A DNA stretch of 55,838 nt, from contig JBAXAI010000024.1 of NCBI GenBank assembly GCA_037142615.1, forward strand, positions 1 through 55,838. Direction: 5' to 3'. Position numbers and translations under genes: made by a program. Position 1 is the first letter of the stretch, and every line of letters begins with the position of its first letter. The stretch is from Spirochaetales bacterium (GTDB lineage: Bacteria > Spirochaetota > Spirochaetia > JABEVK01). Below the pieces are notes generated by a model. It was given only the letters and a program-made list of their open reading frames with translations. It was not told where the DNA came from and ran no database searches. Below, in pieces: positions 18,500 to 27,290 of the stretch.

Positions 18500-19948
18500 A
18501 TGGCACAGACGATCCATCCGGGGCAAAAGATTCATCTGGTCGGTATCAAGGGCACCGGAATGACGGCTCTGGCCGAGTTGCTCCAGGCCCGGGGTGATGC
18601 GCTCACGGGCAGCGACGGCCCTGACAAGTTCTTCACTGATGAGATTCTGGACGCCGTGGGCATTGCCTACCACGAGTCGTTTGACGCCGCGCACGTGCCC
18701 ATCGACGCCTCGCTGGTCGTCCATTCGGCCGCCTACAGCCCCGACACCAACCCGGAACTTCGGGAAGCCAAGCGCCTGGGGTTGCGGGTTCAGGTGTACC
18801 CCGAAGCGCTGGGCGAGTTTTCGGGCAGCTTTGCGCTCGCCGCCGGGGTGGCCGGAGTTCACGGCAAGACGACCACCACGGCCATGGCCGGGGTCGTGGC
18901 CCGCGCTCTGGGTCTGCCGGCTTCGGTGCTGGTGGGCTCGCTGGTGCCCGATTTCGGCGACCGCGCCACGCTTCACCTGGGGCAGGGCATCTTCATCGCC
19001 GAAACCTGCGAGTACAAGCGGCACTTTTTGCACTTTCACCCTTCGCTCATTCTGCTGACCAGCATCGAGCTCGACCACACCGACTACTTTACCGACTACC
19101 AGGACATTTTCTCGGCCTTCCTGGAATACGCCGGCAAGTTGCCCGAGTTCGGCGCGCTGGTGTACTGCGCCGACGAAGAGGGCGCCTCCGACCTGGCGAG
19201 AGCCTTGCACAAAGAGCGTCCCGACGTGCGGCTGATTCCTTATGGGCTCAAGGCCGAAGGCCGTTTTGCCGTCGTGGACCGCAGGTTTTCGCCAGGGACG
19301 ATCAGCTTCCGCCTGGCCGGCTGGCCCTCACCGCTCGGACTGTCGATTCCCGGCACGCACAACGTGCTCAACGCCGCCGGGGCGCTGGCGCTGGTGGTCA
19401 CCCTGGCCGAGCAGACCCGAGGCGGCTTTCTGGAACCCCGCGAGCTCGAGCTCGCCGGCGAAGCTCTGAAAACCTTCCGGGGAACCCGTCGCCGCAGCCA
19501 ACTTGTCGGCGAAACAAACGGCGTGCTGGTCTTGGACGACTACGGGCACCACCCTACGGCCATCGACCTGACGCTGCGCGGCCTGAAGGACTTCTACCCA
19601 GGTCGTCGGCTGGTGCTCGACTTCATGAGTCACACCTACAGCCGCACCAAGGCCCTGCTCGACGAGTTTGCCGCCAGTCTGGCCGCCGCCGATGTCGTGG
19701 TGTTGCATAAAATCTACTCGTCGGCTCGCGAAACCGACACTTTGGGCATTTCGGGCCGAACGCTGTTCGAGGCCGCCTCGCGCCTGCGCGCCAACGTCCA
19801 CTACTTTGAGGAACCGGCCGACGCGCTGGGGTTTTACCAGCAGCACCTGAAACCCGGAGACCTGCTGGTCACCATGGGCGCCGGCGACAACTGGAAAGTG
19901 GGAAAGGCCTACCTCGAGGCGGGCAACACCCCGCCGGAGGCCCCCTGA
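18500..19948 (+). CDS. murC: UDP-N-acetylmuramate--L-alanine ligase
   Basis: HLVGIKGTGM, GSD, AGVHGKTTTT P-loop, ETCEY, ELDHTDYF, RR, DDYGHHPT, HTYSRT, MGAGD. Confidence 0.97.
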   Translation: MAQTIHPGQKIHLVGIKGTGMTALAELLQARGDALTGSDGPDKFFTDEILDAVGIAYHESFDAAHVPIDASLVVHSAAYSPDTNPELREAKRLGLRVQVYPEALGEFSGSFALAAGVAGVHGKTTTTAMAGVVARALGLPASVLVGSLVPDFGDRATLHLGQGIFIAETCEYKRHFLHFHPSLILLTSIELDHTDYFTDYQDIFSAFLEYAGKLPEFGALVYCADEEGASDLARALHKERPDVRLIPYGLKAEGRFAVVDRRFSPGTISFRLAGWPSPLGLSIPGTHNVLNAAGALALVVTLAEQTRGGFLEPRELELAGEALKTFRGTRRRSQLVGETNGVLVLDDYGHHPTAIDLTLRGLKDFYPGRRLVLDFMSHTYSRTKALLDEFAASLAAADVVVLHKIYSSARETDTLGISGRTLFEAASRLRANVHYFEEPADALGFYQQHLKPGDLLVTMGAGDNWKVGKAYLEAGNTPPEAP

Positions 19949-20817
19949 TGCCGCTGGTCAGCATGACCGGCTTCGCCTTTGGCGAGGCCAGCGCGGGTTC
20001 GGTCCGCCTCACGGGCGAGCTCAAGAGCTACAACAACCGCTACCTCGACCTGTTTGTCACCCTGCCGCCCCCACTGGCCTCGTGGGAACCCGCGGTGAGG
20101 GAAGCCCTGGGGGCGGCCTTGGCCCGAGGGCGGGTCGAGTTTGCCCTGAGGCTCAAGGACGGCAGTGAGGGCGCCCGGATCGAAGTCAACGAGGTGCTGG
20201 CTCTGCAGTACAAAACGGCGCTCGACACCTTGCGGCGCGTTACCGGCGCCAAGGGCGGCGTGCGGGCCGAGTTTTTGGCTTCGTTCCCGGGGGTACTCGG
20301 GTCTGCCAAAGCAACAGATCCTGCCGAGTTGCGTCACGCGGCCGAGGCGCTGCTGGCGACGCTTACCGCGGAGTTCCAGACCGCCCGCCGCAACGAGGGT
20401 GCGCGCCTCGAGGCCGACATCCGGCGCCAGTTGGGCGTCATCGAAGCGGGGAGGGCGTTTATCGCCGCGCAGTCCGCTGGGCTCGAAGCCACTTTTCAGG
20501 CCAACCTTCGCCGCAAGTTTGATGAGCTGAAGGCCGAAGTGGACGAAAACCGCCTGCTCGCCGAGACGGCTTTGTTGCTCATCCGCTACGGCATCAACGA
20601 GGAGCTCGTGCGGTTGGGCAGCCATCAGGCCGCGTTCGAGGCCCTTTTGGCCGAAACTGCCCCGGCCGGCAAAAAGCTCGACTTCCTGTGCCAGGAGTTT
20701 GGGCGCGAAATCAACACCATCGGGTCGAAAACCACCTCGGCCGAAGTGCAACAACAGGTCGTCCAAATGAAGGACGCCCTCGAAAACATCCGGGAGCAAC
20801 TGCGCAATGTCGAATAA
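19948..20817 (+). CDS. yicC: YicC/YloC family endoribonuclease
   Basis: SMTGF, ELKSYNNRYLDL, RGRVE, EELVRLGSH, GKKLDFLCQEFGREINTIGSK, REQLRNVE. Confidence 0.95.
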   Translation: MPLVSMTGFAFGEASAGSVRLTGELKSYNNRYLDLFVTLPPPLASWEPAVREALGAALARGRVEFALRLKDGSEGARIEVNEVLALQYKTALDTLRRVTGAKGGVRAEFLASFPGVLGSAKATDPAELRHAAEALLATLTAEFQTARRNEGARLEADIRRQLGVIEAGRAFIAAQSAGLEATFQANLRRKFDELKAEVDENRLLAETALLLIRYGINEELVRLGSHQAAFEALLAETAPAGKKLDFLCQEFGREINTIGSKTTSAEVQQQVVQMKDALENIREQLRNVE

Positions 20818-21349
20818 CGTGTCGGGAATCGCCGTCTCGGGCAAGAGTGGCTGCGGAAACACCACCACCAGCGCCCTGTTGGCCCACAAACTGGGCTTCA
20901 CCCTCGTCAACTACACCTTCCGCACGTTGGCCGTCGACGAGGGCCTGGAGTTCGAACAGTTGCGCGTGCTGGCCGAGCAGGACGAAAAGTGGGACAAGCT
21001 CGTGGATCGACGGCAGGTCGAACTGGCGCGGGCTCATCCGAGCGTGTTGGCCAGTCGTTTGGCCCTTTGGATGTGGCAGGAGGCCTACCTCAAAGTGTAC
21101 TTGGACGCGCCGCTGGAGGTGAGGGCCCAGCGCATCTGGAAGCGGGAAGGCGGCCGCCTCGAAGCCGTACGCGAGGCGACCCGTCTGCGCGACGAGGCCG
21201 ACCACGCCCGCTACCTCAAGCTTTACGGCATCGACAACGACGACTGGGCCTTTGCCGGGCTCGTGATCGATGTTTCGACCCTCACTCCCGACGAAATCGT
21301 GGCCAAGATTCTGGCCCATCTGGAAGTCACTTCCGGGTACCTTCCGTGA
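20807..21349 (+). CDS. cmk: Cytidylate kinase, short archaeal/spirochaete type
   Basis: IAVSGKSGCGNTT P-loop, 'LASRLA', 'VYLDAPLEVRAQRI..REG', 'RD..D..RY.KLYGID'. Confidence 0.85.
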   Translation: MSNNVSGIAVSGKSGCGNTTTSALLAHKLGFTLVNYTFRTLAVDEGLEFEQLRVLAEQDEKWDKLVDRRQVELARAHPSVLASRLALWMWQEAYLKVYLDAPLEVRAQRIWKREGGRLEAVREATRLRDEADHARYLKLYGIDNDDWAFAGLVIDVSTLTPDEIVAKILAHLEVTSGYLP

Positions 21350-21549
21350 AAAGCCTGTTTGATGATCTGCCCCGTTTCTGCCCGGTCTGCGGACAGCCGC
21401 AGGACTTTGACGCGGTGCGCCGCACCGCCTACCTGAACGGCTACGCCCAGTACTGTTCAGGCTGCCGCAACAAATATCAGTACGTCGAGCGCCACGTCAC
21501 CGAGGAAAAGCTCTTCGACCAGCTCGACCCTGTTTACACCGCGCCGTGA
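21346..21549 (+). CDS. Small (67 aa) CxxC...CxxC zinc-ribbon protein
   Basis: GTG 21346 overlaps the cmk stop (GTGA), and its own TGA overlaps the next GTG. Sequence: VKSLFDDLPRFCPVCGQ...YCSGCRNKYQY. Confidence 0.7.
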   Translation: MKSLFDDLPRFCPVCGQPQDFDAVRRTAYLNGYAQYCSGCRNKYQYVERHVTEEKLFDQLDPVYTAP

Positions 21550-24500
21550 GGTTTGCCATGCCCCGAGTCCTTTTCGCTCTCACCCTGCTGCTGGCCGCCT
21601 GCTCGGCCCCGGTGCAGGAATCGTATACCGCCAAAAAAGCGCCTGCCGGGCCCCCGCCGGTGATTCAGGCGCAGCTCAACACCGACCTGTCGCAGTTCAG
21701 CATCCGGTACTTCACTCCCGTGACCCGGGAGGCCGAGGCGCCTCAGTTGGCTGATGACGGCACGCCGTTCACGCTGGTAGAGGTTTCGCCCGAAGGCGAG
21801 GTGCCCGACGACGCCAAACGCCCCTCGGTGGTGCTGAGTTTCAGCCAGAGCGTCGTTCCGCTGGCGCAAGTGGGCGGTGCGTCGCCAGAAGGCTTTGCCA
21901 CGGTCGAGCCTCCGTTGCCAGGAACCTGGCGCTGGCTAGGAACCCGGGTGCTCGCGTTTGAGCCTTCGGCCGATCTGGCCGACCAAACCGACTACCAGGT
22001 GAAGGTCAAGGGAGGACTCAAATCTTTGCAGGGAAAGGCGTTGACGGGACGAGACACGTTCCGCTTCCATGGCGTGGCGTTGCGCCTGACGGGGCTTGCC
22101 GTACCCTCGGCGACAGACCTCGACGAAGTTCCTCCCACGGCCGCCCAGACCGTCACGCTGACGTTCAATACCGCCGTCGAGGCGGCGGTGGGGGGCGCCT
22201 TGCAAGTGCTCGTCGCCGGCAAACCAGCCGTCGCCACCTCTCGCCGGGGTGCCGAGGCCAACCAGTTGGTGCTCCAACTGGCCTCCCTCCCTCCCGAAGA
22301 CGCCGAGGTCGAGGTCGTGCTCCCGGCCGGGACCCGTCCCCAGGCTGGTGCCCCGGCCACCGAACAGCCTAGCAGCCGCAGTTTTCACACCCTCACGCCG
22401 TTTGTGGCCTACACCGAGGAACTCGACGAAAGCTGGTCGCTGGAGTTTTCGCATCCGATTGACCCTGCGACCGCACTGACGGCGTTGCACGTGGTTCCCG
22501 ATATTGGCCTCAAGGCCGACAACGTGCGGGTCTACGGCAGTACCCTCCGCCTGGTGGGTCTGAATGTCCGGGCCGACAGCGATTACACCGTGCTCGTCGA
22601 CCCATCATTGCAAGACAAGTTCGGCCGCGCCCTCGGCCAGCGGCTGAAGTTCACGCTGCGGGCGGGGCCCCCCGAACGCTACGCGGTGTTTCCGGACCAA
22701 GAGGCCCACATGCTCGAAAAGGGCAGCCCCTCCAAAGTCGTGTGGGAGGGCCAGAACCTCGACGAGGGCACCCAGTTTGTGCAGGTCAGCACCGAGCCTT
22801 ATGCTCCACCGAACGGCTTCCGGTCGCCCCTGGACGTGTCGGGTTTCCTTCCCAACGTTCGCCACCTTTCGACCGTGCCGTTTGGCAACCTGCTCAATCC
22901 CAACGGCACCGGCTGGGTCGAAATGGGCTGGAGCATCAATCTGCACGAACGCTCGGGCGAGTCGCAGCGTACCTGGCTGAGTGTGCAGGTGACCGACCTG
23001 GGCCTGACGCTCCGCTACGGGTCGAACCGCATCGTGGCCTGGGTCACCTCGCTTTCCACCGGCCAGAGCGTCGCCGGCGCCAAAGTGACCCTTCAGACTT
23101 GGGACGCCCAGGCCTCCCGGGCCGAGAACCGCAAAGCCCAGACCACCGATGCGCAGGGCCTGGCCGTTTTTGAGCTGAACAGGGGCGACTACACCCGCTG
23201 GTTTGGCCTGCAGCGCGACGGCTGGGTGGCCGATGGTTTGCGCGTGGCCGTCGAGGCCCCGGGCGACCGCATCGTGTTCGTGCCCAACTGGTCGCACAAC
23301 GCCTGGACGGCCGGGGTGCAGGTGGGCGAGGGCCCGCTGCAGGCCGAGGTACGCCAGCCGCGCACTTTTGTGTTCACCGACCGCCAGCTGTACCGCCCCG
23401 GCGAGACCGTCACCTGGCGTGCCCTCGACAAGGACCTCGAAACGGGAACCTATCGAAGTTGGCAAGGCGCCTGGCGCATGCTGCTCACTGGCGACGACGA
23501 AAAGGCGATCGCCACCGCCACGGGCAAGTCTACTTCGTCGGGCGGCTCCTCGGGGTCCTTGGCTATACCGGCCGACCTCAAACCCGGCGACTACTCCCTG
23601 GCGTACCAGCGGCCCTCCACGGCCAAGGGTTCCGGCGGCTGGGAGACGACCACGACCGAAGCCGTCGTCGTCAACAATTTCCGCAAGCTGCTGTTCACCG
23701 TGACGGCCACCACCCCGTCGGTACCCCTGGTCCTGGGTGACCAGCTCAAGGTCAAACTCGCTGCGGACTACCTGTCGGGCGGGGTCGTTGCCGCGGGCGC
23801 CCTCGAGGACTATTGGACGCGCGAACCGGCCTCCTTCCGCGCGGTCGGTTCCTTGTACGAGGGCTGGGCCTTCGGTCCGCCACCGCTGGATTCGCGCACC
23901 ACGCTCAGCGAGGGCAAAGCCACGCTCTCGGGCGGCGGAACCTACGAAGTGAAGCACGCCTCGCTGGCCGAGGGAGTCCTCGGACTGCCCTACGTCTACC
24001 AGTACCAAGCCACCGTCACCGACCCGGCCAGCCACCAATCCGCCGCCACGTCGGCCCGCCTGCTGGTTCACCCGGCCGACTTCTACCTGGGGATCAAGCT
24101 CGGCGGACAGAATCTCGACGCCGACTCGGGCTGGTTGGCCTTTCTTCCGCAAGGGCAAGAGGCCAAACTCGACGTGGTCGTTGTCAAACCCGACGGAACG
24201 CCGTTTTCGGCAGCCGGGTTCACTCCGGCCGTCACCGCCGAGTTTGTCCGCCACGATTGGGCCCAGGTCGACCAGCAGGCCACCGGCGGTAACCTCGAAA
24301 CCCGCTGGGTGGAAACCCTGGTGACCGTGGCCACTCAGCCTTTGACGCTCACCGGCGCCACCGCAAGCCTGAGTTGGAAGCCCGACCGGGCCGGCGAATA
24401 CTCGGTCGAGGTGCGTTCCCACGACAAGGTCGGCCGCGCCGTCGTCACTCGCAAGGACGTGTACGTCACCGGTGCCGAGTGGGTGAACTGGGCCAACGAC

Positions 24501-27290
24501 AGTGCCGACTCGCTGGCCCTGACGCCCGAGCGGGCCCTGTACCAACCGGGCCAGACGGCGCGTGTGATCGTCCGTTCGCCGCTGCCCAAAGGCAAGTACC
24601 TCGTCACCGTAGAACGCGAAGGCGTGTTCGACCAAAGGGTCGTCGAGCTCACTTCGGCCTCGTCGGTGATCGAAGTTCCCATCAAGCCCGAGTATCTGCC
24701 GGTGGTGTATGTGTCGGTGGCCAGCTTTACCCAGCGCGCGGGCAAATTGACCCACGCCTATGGCAGTCCCGACCTCGACAAACCCCACGCGCTTTACGGT
24801 GTGGCCGCCCTCAAAATCGACAGCGAAAGCCGTCGCATCGACCTCGAAATCGTCAGCGATCAGGCCGTGTACGCGCCCGCTGCCAAGGCCACCGTCACCA
24901 TCAAGGCCACGCACCAGGGCAAACCGCTGGCCGACGCCGAGGTGACCTTTTTGGCCGTGGACCGCGGTGTCGTCGACCTGATTGACTACCACGTGCCCGA
25001 CCCGTTGGCGTACTTCTACGACCCTTCGTTCTTCCCGCTGATGGTGCGCGGAGCCGACTCGCGGTCGCTGCTCATCGACCCCGTCAACTACGTGCTGCGC
25101 GACCAGCCGGGCGGAGCCGGTGACGATGGCAAGTTGAGCGAGCGCAAAGACTTCCAGCCCACTGCGGTGTTCGAGCCTGCGCTGAAGACCAACGCGCAGG
25201 GCGTCGCCACCGTGGCCTTCAAGCTGCCCGACAGTCTGACCACTTACCGGACGACGGCCTTTGCTGTGAAAGACGACCTGTACGGCCTTTCCGAAGGCAA
25301 CCTCGCCGTCCGCCAGGCCCTCAACGTCAAGGCCGTTCTGCCCCGCAAGCTTCGCGAGCGCGACACCACCTTCAGCGGGGTGATGGTGACCAACCTCGAT
25401 TCGGCGGCTCAAAAAGTGACCATCGACGCGCAGTCGGACCTGCTGACCGTTGACAAAGAGGCCAGCAAGACCGTCACCGTGGCCGGGGGCCAAACCGTCG
25501 AGGTGGCTTTCCAACTCGCGGCCCCCCGCGCCGGCGCTGGAAAAGTGACCTTCACAGTGCATTCGGCGCTGGTCAACGAAAAGCTCACCGAAGCCGTGCT
25601 GGTCGAGCGGCCCGTCGTGTACGAGGCCGTGGCCACTTTGGGCAAGCTCACCACGGGCAAGACGGGGACCGACATCACCGAAGAAGCGCTGGTGATCCCC
25701 TCGGCGGCGCCCGACGGCTTGGGCACGCTCACGCTCACGCTCGATGCCACCCGCATCGCGTCGCTGGGTTCTTCGATGCGCTATTTGTTCGACTACCCCT
25801 ACGGCTGCTTGGAGCAACGTAGCTCGAAGCTGCTGCCTATCGTGTTGTTCGGCAAGTACTTGCCTGGCTACGCGGCCGGTTGGGGCCTTCCGGGTCTCGA
25901 TCCCCAGGCGGTGCTCGACGGCGAGCTCAAGGTGTTCGCGACCAGCCAGTTGCCCGACGGAGGCTTTCCCCTGTGGCCCAACGGACGGCGGGAACAGCCG
26001 TACGTGACTCTGCGCATCGCGCACATCCTGCTGCTGGCCCGCCAGGCTTCGCTCGAGGTCGGCACTTCGATCAAACTTGACGCCTTGCTGGCCCGGGTGC
26101 GGCTGCTCACGGCCGCCACGAAGAGCGACGAACTGCTGGCCTACGGACTGTACCTGCAGTCGCTGGCCGCCGGTGCGGGGTTGGCCGGTGTGGGCAAGGC
26201 CGAAGTGGCCCTCAGGCTCGACGAAGCCTTCCACCGCTGGAACAGCGCCACGTCCACGCCCGCAGCGGCCGGGACCTTTGCGCTGGGGGGGCTGGCCTAC
26301 CAGGCGCTCGGGAATACCAGCCGGGCCCAGCAAGTGCTTGACCGGCTGAAAGGCTTCCTCAAGCCCGATGCGCGCTCGGTCGAAATCGACGTTCGCCGCT
26401 TGCGGACAAGGGGTGAGGACCCGGACACCTTCACCGGTTCGACGGTAGAAACCTACGCTTTGGTCCTCCTGCTGTTCCATCAGCTCACCCCGGAAAGCGA
26501 TATGAACCAGCGGCTGCTCAATGCCCTCGTGGACCGGCAGACGAACGGCGTGTGGGGCAGCACGGTCGACAACTACTGGGCGTTGCAGGCTTTCGGGCAG
26601 GTGTTGGCCGCCGAAGAAACTCAGGCCCCCGCCTATGATGCGCAGGTCAGTGTGGGCACTGGCGCTGGATCCTCGCCAGCCGTTCTGTTCACGCACAGGT
26701 TCGAAGGGGTCAGAGCCGACACGCAGACCGTGGCGCTGGGCTTCCTCAGCGATACGCTCAAGGACCTTCCCCGCGACAAGAGTCTGCCCCTGCGCCTCGA
26801 GAAGACCGGCCCCGGCACGCTGTTTTATACGGCCGAACTTCGCTACGCCCTGCCTTCCGAACTGGCCCGGCCCATCGACCGGGGCCTCGAGGTCGTGACG
26901 CAGGTTACGGACATCGACGGCACGCCGGTGTTCGGCAACACGCTCACCGTGGGCAAGGTGTACCGCATGAGGGCGCTGGTGAGCACGGGCAAAACCCGCA
27001 CGCAAGTCGGCTTGCGGCTGGCGGTTCCCTCGGGGGCCGAAATCCTCGACGCGCGGTTCACCCCCAGCGTGCACGATGCCGACAACGGCGACGTGGAGAC
27101 CTTCTTGTTCGACAACGAGGTGCAGTACGTGTTTCCTGTGTTTCAGGCCGGCAACAGGCAGGTCGAGTTCCTGTTCCGCGCGGTGAACCAGGGCGTTTAC
27201 CCCACGCCGGGAGCCAGCACCGAGGCAATGTACACCCCCGAGGTGTTCGGCCGCGATCTTGGTCGCCTCTACTTGCTCAAGACACCATGA
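21546..27290 (+). CDS. Bacterial alpha-2-macroglobulin lipoprotein
   Basis: Lipobox LLAA-C; 'VQVTDLGL', 'FTDRQLYRPGETV', 'AVDRGV', 'KLPDSLTTYR', thioester motif YPYGCLEQ, 'AMYTPEVFGR'. ATG 21558 is an alternative start. Confidence 0.95.
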   Translation: MRFAMPRVLFALTLLLAACSAPVQESYTAKKAPAGPPPVIQAQLNTDLSQFSIRYFTPVTREAEAPQLADDGTPFTLVEVSPEGEVPDDAKRPSVVLSFSQSVVPLAQVGGASPEGFATVEPPLPGTWRWLGTRVLAFEPSADLADQTDYQVKVKGGLKSLQGKALTGRDTFRFHGVALRLTGLAVPSATDLDEVPPTAAQTVTLTFNTAVEAAVGGALQVLVAGKPAVATSRRGAEANQLVLQLASLPPEDAEVEVVLPAGTRPQAGAPATEQPSSRSFHTLTPFVAYTEELDESWSLEFSHPIDPATALTALHVVPDIGLKADNVRVYGSTLRLVGLNVRADSDYTVLVDPSLQDKFGRALGQRLKFTLRAGPPERYAVFPDQEAHMLEKGSPSKVVWEGQNLDEGTQFVQVSTEPYAPPNGFRSPLDVSGFLPNVRHLSTVPFGNLLNPNGTGWVEMGWSINLHERSGESQRTWLSVQVTDLGLTLRYGSNRIVAWVTSLSTGQSVAGAKVTLQTWDAQASRAENRKAQTTDAQGLAVFELNRGDYTRWFGLQRDGWVADGLRVAVEAPGDRIVFVPNWSHNAWTAGVQVGEGPLQAEVRQPRTFVFTDRQLYRPGETVTWRALDKDLETGTYRSWQGAWRMLLTGDDEKAIATATGKSTSSGGSSGSLAIPADLKPGDYSLAYQRPSTAKGSGGWETTTTEAVVVNNFRKLLFTVTATTPSVPLVLGDQLKVKLAADYLSGGVVAAGALEDYWTREPASFRAVGSLYEGWAFGPPPLDSRTTLSEGKATLSGGGTYEVKHASLAEGVLGLPYVYQYQATVTDPASHQSAATSARLLVHPADFYLGIKLGGQNLDADSGWLAFLPQGQEAKLDVVVVKPDGTPFSAAGFTPAVTAEFVRHDWAQVDQQATGGNLETRWVETLVTVATQPLTLTGATASLSWKPDRAGEYSVEVRSHDKVGRAVVTRKDVYVTGAEWVNWANDSADSLALTPERALYQPGQTARVIVRSPLPKGKYLVTVEREGVFDQRVVELTSASSVIEVPIKPEYLPVVYVSVASFTQRAGKLTHAYGSPDLDKPHALYGVAALKIDSESRRIDLEIVSDQAVYAPAAKATVTIKATHQGKPLADAEVTFLAVDRGVVDLIDYHVPDPLAYFYDPSFFPLMVRGADSRSLLIDPVNYVLRDQPGGAGDDGKLSERKDFQPTAVFEPALKTNAQGVATVAFKLPDSLTTYRTTAFAVKDDLYGLSEGNLAVRQALNVKAVLPRKLRERDTTFSGVMVTNLDSAAQKVTIDAQSDLLTVDKEASKTVTVAGGQTVEVAFQLAAPRAGAGKVTFTVHSALVNEKLTEAVLVERPVVYEAVATLGKLTTGKTGTDITEEALVIPSAAPDGLGTLTLTLDATRIASLGSSMRYLFDYPYGCLEQRSSKLLPIVLFGKYLPGYAAGWGLPGLDPQAVLDGELKVFATSQLPDGGFPLWPNGRREQPYVTLRIAHILLLARQASLEVGTSIKLDALLARVRLLTAATKSDELLAYGLYLQSLAAGAGLAGVGKAEVALRLDEAFHRWNSATSTPAAAGTFALGGLAYQALGNTSRAQQVLDRLKGFLKPDARSVEIDVRRLRTRGEDPDTFTGSTVETYALVLLLFHQLTPESDMNQRLLNALVDRQTNGVWGSTVDNYWALQAFGQVLAAEETQAPAYDAQVSVGTGAGSSPAVLFTHRFEGVRADTQTVALGFLSDTLKDLPRDKSLPLRLEKTGPGTLFYTAELRYALPSELARPIDRGLEVVTQVTDIDGTPVFGNTLTVGKVYRMRALVSTGKTRTQVGLRLAVPSGAEILDARFTPSVHDADNGDVETFLFDNEVQYVFPVFQAGNRQVEFLFRAVNQGVYPTPGASTEAMYTPEVFGRDLGRLYLLKTP

